A stretch of 63,692 nt of DNA, the filler included, from Collodictyon triciliatum (taxonomy: Eukaryota), in assembly GCA_043381765.1 (NCBI GenBank). It is 9 parts of 9 records of this genome, joined end to end, with 100 filler letters (N's around TTAATTAATTAA, not from the genome) between each part and the next. Parts side by side here need not be neighbours in the genome. Positions count along the whole stretch, not along the records: positions 39,698 to 47,088 come from JBHJMP010003922.1; positions 47,189 to 54,579 come from JBHJMP010003923.1; positions 54,680 to 62,068 come from JBHJMP010003924.1; 6 more parts are not named here. One strand, 5' to 3'. Both the position numbers and the translations under genes were made by a program. Below are positions 44,267-57,816 of the stretch, piece after piece. Position 1 is the stretch's first letter. The number at the start of each line of letters is the position of its first letter. Below the pieces are notes generated by a model. It saw nothing but the letters and a program-made list of their open reading frames with translations. It had not been told where the DNA came from and did not search any database.

Positions 44267-47088
44267 CCTGCTGTGTGTCGCGAACTCCGGCTACTGTTGA
44301 TCCAAGCGTATTATTTGTGTTTGCGTGTTGTGTTGTGTTTTGTTTCTGTGTTGTTTTTGTTTCTGTTTTTGTTTCTGTTTATGTTACATTTTTGTGGCGC
44401 TGATTCAAACAGTAACAAAATAAAGATGAATGGAAACGTCTGCTTTTGTTGCGCACTCGCGATCTTTCGCTTTGAATGCTTTGAATCTGCATTTGGAAAC
44501 GCGTTTTCCGGTCATTTGAATTTTTCTAGTTTGCTACACTTAATATTAGCTTATTCAAATAATAATCCTTTTCTGGACTGCACCTGTTTGTGTCTGCAAC
44601 TCCTGGCGACAGGTGCTTTGGTCGCGAGTCATCCTTTTTTTCTCGCAGGGTTGCGCGACGGCGACCCTTAATAGCTACTAGACTGTAAAGGAAGAAGATG
44701 ATATCACGCTTGGTGTTTGTTATCAAACGAGCCGGCAAATTTTACAAAAGTTGCACATCAGCATCGAGTGTTTCTCTTTGAAAACTAGAATGGAGAGCCC
44801 GTGGTACAAACCATTTGAATAATAACATAACAATCCTGTACATTACCACGCTTCGTTTTGACTCATCTGAAGCATTTGCTGACATCAGTCATATCATCAC
44901 TGAATTGCCCAAACAAACGGGCGCTCCTAAGAAAATAAGAGACGCAAGATTTACACGGAGAACCGTTCGAATCAACATCCGAGTGCCGTACAGCCATTCT
45001 ATGACATTGAAGCTCCTTTCGTTTCGACTCGACAAGCTCAATTAAATTGTAAGCAAATGGAACAAATTCATGCTGAGCCTTGGCAGAGGATATAAACCTT
45101 GTGAACTTGAAAAGATTATGTACAGAAAGCTAATAAAAAAATAGGAATAAGGCGATATAAAACAAACTAGGAAAACCCGAAAGTGAAAATCCATAGTACA
45201 GGAAAAGAATGGAACGGACATGCTCATAAATACACTACCTGGTGTTTGACAGAGACCACCATCCACAACACCAATAAAAAAAATTAAAGCTATCGAACGA
45301 AATAAATTTAATAGAGCTCATTACCAAATGAATTTTCGAAGAACGTAGCCCTCTACCGCATTGACTAATTAGATTCCGCATATAATCTAACTAAAAGTAT
45401 ACACACATAAAATTCCTCGGTGTGGATAAATGAATGACAAATAAAGCAATACCATTTTCTGGATTTTTCTGGATTTTTCTATCAAGGCCTTAAGCTGGAT
45501 TTTTAACTACATCGTGATAAATCAGAAGAACGGCCAATAAACCATGTCACAAATAATAAATAATATATATTGTTCATTATTCCGTGTTTGCTGCAGGTTG
45601 ATAAAGACCGCAGTAGCCCATGAATAGGCAGAAATATGACTGTAGATAAGTGCAAACAATAATTTTTTTCTTTTTATGTGCAAACCGTAATTAGACTGAA
45701 AATCTAAAAAAAAAAATGGCGACTACAAACATTCCACTTTTTCAATAGTTTTTTCTTCACTTTTCATTCATTCTTTTAAAATTACAATAAAATATTACTC
45801 TAATGTTTGTTAATGCTTTCTTTATGCTGTTTTTTGTAATTGCGAGATTGATATTTAAAAAAATTACAATTTTAAACTGGTTCTATGATACCACGTTTTT
45901 TTTGAAAGCACTCTGAGTCCAGATTTTCGACAAACTCGTTCGAATAGGTGCTGGCAGGTTTTTTGAATATACACTTTTCTGAACGGAACTCTCCTTGATA
46001 CATGCAACCGCTGATAGAATCATGCTTCCTTGCGATTGTGTAAATTTCTAAATCGAAGCAGAAAAATGGCATAAAGCGTAATTTAAGTTCAAAATCGAGC
46101 CGAAATAGTAAAGTGTTATTGGCATCAACTTTGATAAACAAGTTTTCCTTAAGAGCAATATTTAAATTACAAAAAAAAAAATTAATTATATATGACATCG
46201 ATGCATAAATGGTTTATTTTTGATTCCTTTATTAATCTTTCTATCCATTTATTCCAGTCATGAGCATGAAAGCAAGAACTCATTTGGTTTTGTAAAATTA
46301 GAGCAGAACATCACGTATGGCAATAGAGACAGATTTTGGAGCGCATGACAAATTTTGAATGTAGAACGTGCAAGAAGTCACATTTGGAAGAATCCCGATA
46401 ATGCATGGGCACCAGAAAGTAGACAAAAGTCAAAACAATTTCCTTTAGAAACATGCATTAATTACAGAGCGCTCAAGCTTCGAATAAGAAACAACGCAAT
46501 TGTATTTGGTCAGGATATTTATGATCTTTGTACCTTGCGCACACAACATCAAACCCCTCCAGAGTCATATATCGCCCCAATAAAAAATAAGAGCACTTGT
46601 TTTGATTTCGTCGGCCTCAAATCTGTTCAACCCAACAAACAAGAAAAGCAACTAGCCAGCTTTTGAAGATTGGGTTTGCAAGTCCAATATAGTAATAATA
46701 GTTCTTTTCTCTGGATATTCAGAAAATAACCCCCTCCCCCAGTATTGATTGCAACTGCTATGAAACTCCAATCAATATGATTGATCAAGTATCCATCGCT
46801 ATTTTTTTTTTATTTTTTTTACACGTTTCGAAACAAAAGAAATCGAATTTTACAAAACGGAAGTTGCAAAATGCAGCCGATACACGGAATCCAAACTGTC
46901 CTTTCGTTTGAGGGTTCGGCGTTGTCGTCTGCATGTCGTAGATGTTCTAAGTGATATATTTGAAAAAAATGCAAATGATTCTAGTACTTTGAAAAGAAAA
47001 GAAAAGAAAAGAAAAGAAAAGAAAAGAAAAGAAAAGAAAAGAAAAGAAAAGAAAAGAAAAGAAAAGAAAAGAAAAGAAAAGAAAAGAA

Positions 47089-47188
47089 NNNNNNNNNNNN
47101 NNNNNNNNNNNNNNNNNNNNNNNNNNNNNNNNTTAATTAATTAANNNNNNNNNNNNNNNNNNNNNNNNNNNNNNNNNNNNNNNNNNNN
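47089..47188. other. Artificial contig-joining spacer
   Basis: 44 N + TTAATTAATTAA + 44 N, preceded by (GAAAA)n at 46991-47088. Confidence 0.98.
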
Positions 47189-47240
<52 letters not shown>

Positions 47241-47466
47241 AAAAAACAAAAAAACAAAAAACAAAAAAACAAAAAAACAAAAAAAAGACAACAAAACAAC
47301 AAAACAACAAAACAACAAAAAATCAAAAAATAACAAAAAACAACAACAAAAAACAACAAAAAAACAACAAAAAAACAACAAAAAACAACAAAAAAAAAAC
47401 AATTTAAAACCCCGCTGTAGCACTAGACTTCCAGCAAAAGAGAGATTCGAGGCCCGCTTGAGTTCC

Positions 47467-50400
47467 ATGGGAATCCCAAAAGTATTTTCATTTTTATGAT
47501 CACCTAAATATTCTCTTTCATAATTACATTATGAACATTTATCGGAAGCCCGTACTCAGTATGATAAAAATAAATACTTATATATGAATTAATAAGCGCA
47601 CTACCAATTATATTTGTTGAAATGATAACCACCATTAGTTCTTCCGCTGGTTATCACAGCGCTACCCGAATGCTGTTCACGATGCTGTACCATCAAAACT
47701 ACCACAATATGGTCCGCATATGTCCATTCTTTCACTCACTCATGCCGATTAGTTATATATTTTTCTTTTTAAGAAAACAACTAAATTTGGGTACATTTTT
47801 TCCTAGATAATCTGTATCTGGATATGAATGGCATTATTCATAAATGCACCCACCCCGAAGACTTACCAGAAGGTGCAGTTATAACCGAGGAAGACATGTT
47901 CAGAGGAATTTTTGAATACATAGACTACCTCGTCGATCTCATCAAGCCTAAAAAACTGATCTACATGGCCATCGATGGTATATCTCAAACACTACCGACT
48001 TTTCACAATTGCAATTAGTTAAATTATAGAGCATTAGCTGAAAAACATATCCAAAGCCCACGATGAATTAATAATCAATTAATAATGAACTAAAATGAAC
48101 TTTTAGGCAGTGCCCCTCGTTCAAAGATGAATCAACAACGTTCCCGTCGGTTCCGTTCGGCCCAAGAAGCTATGGAGAAGGAAAGAAGGTTTCACTCAAA
48201 GCATATTCTTCGCGTCTCCCAAGTAGTCAGTTTATGTTTGTTACTGATAATTACACCATCATTAATAGCGACCCACCAAAGGAAGGCGACGAGAATCCTA
48301 AAAGCGTTTTTGATAGCAACTGTATCACCCCTGGGACTGAGTTTATGGACAAGCTGACTGGACTAATTGAATATTATATCCAATCTAAAGTGTCCAATGA
48401 CAAATCTTGGATGTCCTTGAGAGTTATATTCTCATCTCACCAGGTATAATCGTTCATCAAATTTGACTATATTAAGCGTGCTTGGATTCGCACCAGGGAT
48501 TTATCATCGCCTCATTTGCTACATATATCTAAAATCAAATTTGAAACAAATAGGTGCCTGGTGAAGGGGAGCATAAAATTATGGACTTTATCCGACAAGA
48601 GAGACTTAATGAAAATTATAACCCATCTGCATGTCATTGTTTCTACGGGGGAGATGCTGACCTCATAATGTTGGGGCTTGTCACACATGAATATAATTTC
48701 TCTATCCTAAGAGAAACAGCGGACTACAAGAAAAAGTCCAAATCTAAAAAGGTAGATAATCGTTGATTTATTTCCACTATTTCGCTTTTATTTTTACTTT
48801 TGAATAAGACATATAGCTGTAATCATTCAATTTGTCACTGATTTTCCATGAATCTAAAAGTCCTGAACTTATACTCTACCAACCCAGCCCGCCATGGCTA
48901 CTTCAAGTTCCCCTGAAAAGAAATTCCAAATGGTGTTTATTTCCATCCTGCGTGACTATTTAGATTTAGACATCGGGCGAAAAATTGATGGATTCCAATA
49001 TGAAATTGATAGAGTGATTGATGACATTGTCTTGTCCTGTATATTAATCGGGAATGATTTTCTGCCCAATCTACCGGGATTTGACATCGCAGACAATACT
49101 CTTGATCATTTATTTGATATCTATCCCAAATTTCTATCAGAAGAAAAAAGATATCTCCATAAATATGGAGAAATTGATTTACCTGTATTTAGGAAATTTC
49201 TAAAGGTACAGGGCAAACAATTTTTTTCTATTTGAACAGCAGCCGCAAATTAAAATACGTTACTCGAGATGACAGTTCTATTTATAATCAAAAGGACTTA
49301 TTTTACCACTTTTTTGATTATATAAGCATCTCCTTATCGTCGAAACGAAAGCATATGGATCATCTAAAGGTCCTCATCACAAGGGTGAAATAGTAAGTTT
49401 AATTTAGACTCGATAAATAACATCTAAATACTTATTCATATTCAATCATTTAAGGCAAATGACGAAGAAGAAGAAGAAGAAGAAGGTGAAAATGGAATGT
49501 CTGCTTTCTTTTCAGATGGCCGAGAAGGAACTATCGAATACTTGAAATACGAAGAGACAACAAAGCAACCTAGGTAATTATGAATTTCAATAACCTCCTC
49601 CTTTTACACGAATGTATTAGACATCTAACAACTGAATAAGTCCAAACTCTTCTCCCTCTCATAATCACCCAGATGCCTAAAGACAGACAAATTTTTGTCA
49701 TTAACAAAAACAAAAACAAAAAACAAAAAACAAAAAACAAAAAACAAAAACAAAAAGCAAAAAAAAAAAAAAAAAAAAAAACAGAAAAAAATACAAATAA
49801 AAAGCCAAAATTTTGAATGCATACAGGGCCTGCGGTTTCAAAAGGACTTACTATGAAGCCAAGTTCTTTGATAAGAAACCTATGAGGGCTACATTTGTCT
49901 CAGAAATAAGTCAGCATTACATGAGAGGGCTATACTGGACAATCAACTACTATTATCATGGTGTTATCTCCTGGGATTGGTACTTTCCGTACCATTACGC
50001 ACCCTTTTTATCTGGTAATTGCGTTACTAGTTTTACTTTTCCTTTTTTTTTATTTTACAAAAATTCCTTTATACCCATATTTTCTTTATGTATGAGACGC
50101 TAGTCCGTTAAGAAAATTTTGCATTCGATAGATGTTGCTGAAGTGGAGGATGTATCCTTTAACTTTGAAATGGGGGCTCCTTTTCTACCTTACCAGGTTA
50201 AATAAAATTTCACGTACTTGTATAGTTAAGTTTTCCTTTATTCGATTCAAAGTTACTTGTATAGTTAAGTTAATTCCTTTCATTTTTATTCAAATTTTAC
50301 TAATTCCTTCTTCTTTTTTTTTTCTTTTTTCGTATCCTCTCGACACAGCAACTGCTATCAGTCCTGCCACCATATAGCGCTAAATTTCTCCCTGAGGCGT

Positions 50401-51567
50401 ACCGAGGACTGATGTTAGATAAAGGTTAATCTAATGGTCTTTTATCATAGATTACCTTGAAAATTTCAAACAGTTCCTTTCCTTTACTGAAAGATAAATC
50501 AATAGATTCCCCTATTCACGACTTCTACCCAGAAACTATTGAAACAGATTTGAATGGAAAACAGGCAGCGTGGGAGGTTAGATATGAGCATTATTACTTA
50601 ATTTTGGTCTATTTTTCGTATTAGCATATTTCTTCAATTTCTTAATTCGATACAGATATGTTCGCAGTAGCTGAAATAAATACAAAATTATGATATAGAG
50701 TGTCGTTTTGATTCCGTTCATTGACAAAGACAGGCTCTTTCGTGCCTATGATTCAATAAATAAGTATTCGATTACAGAATCTGAAATGTCAAGGTAATTC
50801 AACACATAAGTGCTCTAGGCTCTTCATTATAAAATTTATTCTATTTTTTATTCGATACAAAGAAAGGGTATATATTGTAAATGTATCATTTTCCAAAAAA
50901 CATTTGTAAAAAAACAACCTATTCCTAATGATTGTTTGATAAAAAAAAAATTAAGGAATCGCCTATCAAAGTCAATTGAATACCAGTATTATAAAAGTGG
51001 AATAACCGAAATCCCTTCGCCACTTCCATCCGTCCTTCCAAACACCTCGGTTAGTTCGCTGCTGAATTCTGATTTTTCTATATTTATTAGAAAAGGAATG
51101 ATCCGTTATACCTATAATTATCTTCTCTGAAAATAGAATTTCTCGATCAAAAAAATCGAGATCGGGAGTGCGCATGAGATGCCACTCCGGAGAATAGATC
51201 CACCAACTAGTATGAACCCAATCGATACAAAGTAATGTATTTAAATACACCATTCTTCTTCTGGACTCAGCTTATTTGTATATCTTCCTCACTGCAATTT
51301 TCCTTTCCAATCAGATGTACAATTATCCTCTGTAATATAACTCTCAAAAAATGACTCAGGGAGGATGTATTTCCATCCTTAAAACGAAGAGTCGTTACTT
51401 CATATCGCAAGAGAGGAACCTCATTCTCATGGTCCGGACAAAAAAATCAGTACTTATTCTTAATTATTGGTTTTATTTCATTCTATTTTATTTCTTTAAA
51501 AGAAGAGACGAAGAGCGCCCCCCCCCCCCCCCCCCACCTTTTTTTTTAAATTTTTCTTTTTTTTTTC

Positions 51568-51602
<35 letters not shown>

Positions 51603-53518
51603 GGCCCCCCCCCCCCCCCCGGATATGTTTGGTTACTCGTTTAAAATTGAATTGCAAAAATATTTGCATTCTTACATAGGTTTATTATAAGTAATTGATG
51701 TTATTATTTAGGAGGGAGGCTGTTATAATCCGAGTTCAAAATAGTCTTATTTCCCCATTGACACTACTGCAAGGCAGCTCCGTTGCTGAATGGCCCTTGT
51801 TAAGGAAGGTGCAGACAAATCATTCGCGTTCACGTTGTACCAAAACGTGCTTTAGTTTGTTATACTCTTGCTAATTTTTTTCTTTTTTTTTTTTAAAAAA
51901 AAAAAAGGGAAAAGTTGGCTGTGTCGTAGGCCAATCAAAAATGTATACTCTTGGCAAGGGAGATGAACTAATACATGCTGATATACCCAAAGATACCTAT
52001 GATAAGCTTTGTAAAAGTGTAAAGGTAAGTGATGTAATATATGCATACATCGTAAAAGCAACAATCAAGATATTTTTAATTATTTATTTTGCTTTGCTGA
52101 ACAAGTTGATTATTACGAGAAAATGACTCCCATTTAATCAACAATTGGTTAAATACTGATAGGAATTCTACTTGACCCAAAAAGGAATCGATCTTGGAGA
52201 AGTATGTGCTTTGAACATTTTTATAACATCGGCTCTAGTCGGTGTGATGACATACATACATACATATATATATACATACATACATACATACATACATACA
52301 TACATACATACATACATACATACATACATACATACATACATACATACATACATACATACATACATACATACCATTAATAGCCGTTATTCCCTCCAGATAG
52401 AAACAATTTATTGCATACCAGACAATAAGAGGCAACCCGACTACCTCCTCCAACCACCATGCAATTGGTTTACTCCATTCTCCATCAATGTGGAAACGCC
52501 GAGGTCTCCGACCAATGAATCTGATTCTTTGGCATTAGGCACACCGGTGGTCATTGTTAGTCCAGACCCTCAAATAGTGGGTACATTGTAAGTTTTGTTT
52601 CTCTGACTAAAGAACAATTTCTGCTGTAATACTGACTAATACATACTATTTAGCGGGGTCGTAACAAATGTGATAGCAGACAAAAAATATTCCATCACTG
52701 GTTCCAAATTCTTCAAGACTTATTTGAAGGAGATTGATAACATTATCGGTGGATATATAGTACGCACAAATCTCGATTAATAAAAATAAGAAGGTCAATA
52801 CGGAATCCCTTCATATTGTCTATGTGTTGCATGTGCTATTACACTAAAACCTTAACACTGGGCATTAGAGCTCAGAGGAAGCTGCTGTGAAATTGCAGAT
52901 CACGCACGATGCTTTATTGAGACTATTGGGTTCTTTTCTAGTAACAAAGGATCACGATCTGGGATTATATTTGATTGCAGATAATGGTCATTATGTAAGT
53001 ATATACTAAAATCATATCATTTAAGTTTTGTTTGGAGATACTGAAATTCATGTACAAACTGAATTAAATGATTATAATTGAGTAAAAAGAACATATTTCT
53101 TTAAGGATCTTATCTAATTATCCCTTATTATTATTTTTTTAAATATCAGTGCAACCCTAGACTTTTCAATCCAATATACCACAATATAAATACGACTGAT
53201 TATTTCATATTTTTACAGAGAGCTTGGTATGTTAGGAAACCCTTAAAGCAGACAAAGACTTGGGATATTTCATCTGATGTTGTTTTAATGCTCGAGAATT
53301 ACAGAGCAAATTTTCCTCAGCTATTCGATATTGTGTGTGCAAATCACAAGGGAGGGGAGAAACTTGCACAAGATAGTGAACTCATGGTTTTTTCTTTTCT
53401 TACTCTTTATTTTTGTATATTTACTATAATTATTACTACTACTCTTATTCTTTTATTATTATTATGATTATTTGTTTGTTTGTTTGTTTGTTTGTTTGTT
53501 TGTTGTTTTGTTGTTGTT

Positions 53519-53616
<98 letters not shown>

Positions 53617-54403
53617 AAGCAATCCTCCCCTTTCATTTCCCCTCTGTCTACTAAAGTAACTTGTAGCCTATTCCTATTTGAAAATTGATAGAAAAAAAAA
53701 AAGGGGGGCATCAGTCTCAAAAAGTATTGCATCGATATCTAAATGTTTATATTTTGGTAATATTTCTGTTATATTGGGGTGCTTCTTGGGCCTGGGCATA
53801 TAGACTACAGTCGCGGATTGGAGTGTCTATCGCAGTCGACTTTCGATATATGATTCTAGCCTTTCTCCTACATGTCCTGAGCTTCTCCCAAGGGAGAAAA
53901 TTGAAAAAATACAAAAAGCTATCACGTATGCGACATTTTTTTTTTTTTTTTTTATCATTTATTAGTAGTTGGACACAACCCAATCTTGATTCTTTACAAC
54001 GCAGGAGGCCTTCACATCCATTAGAAGAACATATCGGCAATTACCCCAAACTTTCCCTGATTTTGAAAGATCAGACCCATCCATATATGTAGGAACAATT
54101 TTTTTTTTATTTATTTCATTATTTTAATTTTAATATTTGGATTCTCAAAAGTTTGTGTGACATGTGACTATAACCTGGATATATAATTGGATAATCATAT
54201 ACCAATTAAAATTTAAACAAATGCACACTTGCTGCGGTTTGTCCTAATGTATTCTTGTTTGCATGATTCATCAACCTCTTGATTCACAATTTATTTATTA
54301 AAAGGGATACAAAATTATCTGAATATCATTATGGAGACCAAGTTGTAAACATATGTCCCTCTGACATTCCCTTTGGGATGTATGGCATTATAATCGGAAT
54401 CAA
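47467..54403 (+). CDS. XRN1: 5'-3' exoribonuclease 1 (multi-exon, 3' partial)
   Basis: [124 protein letters not shown]. The long C-terminal extension with [24 protein letters not shown] (SH3-like) indicates XRN1 rather than XRN2. Confidence 0.95.
50215..50271 (-). mobile_element. Micro-insertion copy 7 in an XRN1 intron
   Basis: Insert 50233-50253 reads ACTTTGAATCGAATAAAGGAA on the minus strand, between exact 18-bp repeats TACTTGTATAGTTAAGTT (50215-50232, 50254-50271). Confidence 0.88.
52250..52371. repeat. Intronic (CATA)n microsatellite
   Basis: Direct reading. Confidence 0.95.
53471..53616. repeat. Intronic (TTTG)n/(GTT)n compound microsatellite
   Basis: Direct reading. Confidence 0.95.
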
Positions 54404-54579
54404 GTATGGCCGCCATTTATATACACAGAAAACAAACAGAAGAGTAAACGATATTATCTTTTTCTTCTTTTTTTTTTGTGTGTGTGTGTATGTATGTATG
54501 TATGTATGTATGTATGTATGTATGTATGTATGTATGTATGTATGTATGTATGTATGTATGTATGTATGTATGTATGTAT

Positions 54580-54679
54580 NNNNNNNNNNNNNNNNNNNNN
54601 NNNNNNNNNNNNNNNNNNNNNNNTTAATTAATTAANNNNNNNNNNNNNNNNNNNNNNNNNNNNNNNNNNNNNNNNNNNN
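54580..54679. other. Artificial contig-joining spacer
   Basis: 44 N + TTAATTAATTAA + 44 N, preceded by (TATG)n. Confidence 0.98.
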
Positions 54680-54742
54680 ACATACCAAATATAGTATCAG
54701 CGAACGGTTTCCGGGAGAAATTTCGAGATTGCAGGGTTAAAG

Positions 54743-54784
54743 TGATATCAATATATACTTAATATTAAGTATATATTGATATCA
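54743..54784. repeat. Perfect 42-bp palindrome
   Basis: TGATATCAATATATACTTAATATTAAGTATATATTGATATCA equals its own reverse complement. Confidence 0.95.
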
Positions 54785-55776
54785 TTAATTATAATAAATG
54801 TAATATTTTGCGATATACCCCGCAGGATATTTGAATTTTCAAACAACGCACTTTAAATAGAGGACGAAGAAGGAAATTTCTACAAAGAGAATGCGTTACA
54901 ATATCATGACCAAAATGGGATATTGTTCGACGAATAGTACTCCGTGGAGGAAACCCAATACAGTCAAAAAATATAATATTCAGTGAATTTTTCCATATTT
55001 ATCCACATTGTCGACGTACCCTATATTTTCTTAGGTCCGCTGACTCTTGGTCTGTTTGATGCGTTGAGGGCAGCAAACAACCCAAAGAAAAAAAACCAAC
55101 AAAATGAAGTGGAGCAGTCGACTAAAAAAAAAATCAAGATAAAAGGATTATTGGGAGGTGAAGAAAGGCTTGGGTGTTTGTGTCTTGTGATATAGCTTAA
55201 CTTTGCCCCTTTCGCTTTTCAGTTCTTTTGTTCGCTTTAGTCATTTTTCTCCGCCTCAAAGAACCTTTTGGTTAAACTCGCAAATAGTGTATATAAACGT
55301 TTTCCTCTGGTATCAATTGCCCCAGTCAACACCATTTCTAAAGAGAACGGATACGCCCAGAGGTCGCCGCGCTGCGGTCTTTTCTTTCGTTCGGTTGTGT
55401 TGTTATCCTCACAGCCTGGCTCATTTTTTTTTTCTCCTTTTCTCCTTTCCTCAACCACACAATACTCGACTCAGACGCATCCCAGCAATGTGCCGAGGGA
55501 GAAGATCCATAAGCGATTGCGAGGCGCCATCCTTTCTTTCCCCTTCAATTTTATTGTTTCCCGTTTTCCATCTGTCCCCTCGGCTCACCTTCCCCAAAAA
55601 TAGTACTTCAAACAGAATCCGCCCTCTTGTACTCCATCCCTCATAACCAAATCCTCGCGCGTGTTCTGTGTAAGAAAAAAACAAGAAAATAAAATAATGA
55701 GAATAAGAATAAAAAGAAAAGAAAAGAAAAGAAAAGAAAAGAAAAGAAAAGAAAAGAAAAGAAAAGAAAAGAAAAG

Positions 55777-55807
<31 letters not shown>

Positions 55808-55908
55808 GAAAAGAAAAGAAAAAGAAAAGAAAAAAAGAAAAAAAGAAAAGAGAAATAGAAATGCTAACACATACCCACCTTTCCAAAGCATAGCAACAGC
55901 ACCCAACC

Positions 55909-56740
55909 ATGAAAGAGAGAAGCTCTACAGGTCATGTGTCGTATGGGCAGCAGCTGACCACGATCTGGACGGCCGAGGAGGACCGCGTTCTTTCGGAAGG
56001 GGTCCGAGAAGGGCTCAAATGGGCTGACGTGGCCCGCCGTGTCGCCTCAGTCTGCGTCTCCGTCCCAAAGAGCAGCAAGCAATGCTGTCAGCGCTGGCTT
56101 CGTGTCCTCCACCCTGATATCCGCAAGGTGACTCACCACCCAACTCATCAGCTTATTTTTCTGTCTCCTTTCCCCTCTTTCATTTTAACCATCACCTTCA
56201 CTTTCTCCTCTAGATGATAATCCCGCTTGATCATCTTGGTTACCATTTTTTTTCGCCTCCATGTTTGCACAGCCAATAGATTACTTGACTCCGCAAAGCT
56301 TTAATTTTACAAATACGTACAGATGCCCAACTATTTTTTCTCTCACACTCTTTTCTATGACCATCAAACAACAATACAGTGCCATACAACCTCACCTCAT
56401 TCAAACATCTCTGTCTTTATTCAACCCTCTTCATTCATCGCCATGGTGGGCGCACGATGCGTCGCTCATTCCATCGTCATGATGGTTTTCAACCGCACTC
56501 ACTCACTCACCCATAGGGCAACTGGACTGCATCAGAGGACGCCCAGCTTCTTGCAGCCATCCGCCGCCACGGCATCCATTCATGGAAACTGGTTCGTCTA
56601 CCCAACGTCTTCTCCTTCTTGCTCACAATCTTTTTCCTCCAGACTGGACAGTCACACAAATATATATAAACGGAATGAAAGCGCGTTCACCAAACACAGG
56701 GCCACCAAATAATAATAATAACAATAACAATAACAATAAC

Positions 56741-56832
<92 letters not shown>

Positions 56833-57437
56833 TAATAAAACCCCAAAAACCTTTGCAGATATCGTCAAACATCCCTGGCCGTACCGGGCTTCAGTGCCGC
56901 TCGCGCTACTACCAGCATCATTGCCCATCCTCCGAGTCGCCACCACTGTCATCCGCCTCAGCCTCGGCCTCGACCTTCTCCCACGACCCGCACACACACC
57001 CGCCGCTCACTCCGCCGCATTCCCACCACTGCAGCGAGACAAAGCTGCCGTCCGCGCCTTTTCTCCCGCCCCCACACTTGTCATCTTCGCACGGTCCTCA
57101 GAGGACGGGCCTCCATTCTGGCCGCCTCTCTTCTGTCCAGGTGTCCATCTCGGTGCCTGCGTTGCCGCACTATCCAAGCGTTGCGCTCCACGGCTGGGCT
57201 CGACGCCCCGGTGCTCCCAGCCCTTCTGGCGCCCAGCGACTGGTGCATCCGCACGGACTCGGAGTCGGATTCGGACTTGGACACGGAGCCACCCATCCAC
57301 ACCCACAGATGCAAGGCCAGAAGCGCGGGCTTGCACACGCGCATACTCAGACCCAGACGCAGGCCCAGACCCAGGACTTGTCGGATGGGTGCGACAGGCG
57401 CCCAAAGAAAATGTCCATCCAGTGGATTCTCAACTGA
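55909..57437 (+). CDS. Two-repeat (R2R3-type) Myb transcription factor
   Basis: Exons 55909-56127 (WTAEEDRVL...WADVA...KSSKQCCQRWLRVLHPDIRK), 56517-56591 (GNWTASEDAQLLAAIRRHGIHSWKL) and 56859-57437 (ISSNIPGRTGLQCRSRY...KKMSIQWILN*). Confidence 0.92.
56707..56837. repeat. Intronic (AAT)n microsatellite
   Basis: Direct reading; lies in Myb intron 2. Confidence 0.95.
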
Positions 57438-57816
57438 CGAAATGCCTATCATTGATGTTGCGTTCTCTTTCCACTCATCTTCTTTCTTTTGCACTCCGAA
57501 TAGCATTTCAATATTCCCTGTTCTCTTCGCTCCCTAACTACTTTTCTTCTCCTTTTCCCTGTCTCTGCTCCCTTCTCATAGATATCCTATCCACTCCTCA
57601 CCAACCCTGCCATGACTCTTGCTCAAAACCGCACAGCCAATCGACTGTATTGAACATAAAGAAAGATTGCAAATTAAAAGGATCTGCTCCTCTGGATTCT
57701 AGAAAACAAAAACTGAGCGATTTTAAAACAAAAAACTGTTGCCAACGGGTTAATGACGCTGTTTCTTGCAGCAGTGACAGACACGAAGGAAAAAAAAAAA
57801 AAAGAGAAATGTATAT

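Noticed and set aside
45872-46198. ORF with a faint kinase N-lobe look (GCMYQGEFRSEKCIFKK)
   Set aside because: No downstream catalytic motifs or convincing exon chain were found.
50847-50862. Degenerate eighth micro-insertion (TTTATTCGATACAAAG); also TTTATTCGAT at 656-665
   Set aside because: Partial motif matches with no clear flanking direct repeat, so not counted.
51518-51620. Poly-C/poly-T/poly-A/poly-C block as a structured element (also poly-C at about 5057-5076)
   Set aside because: Intronic homopolymer runs, likely low-quality sequence, with no specific structure supported.
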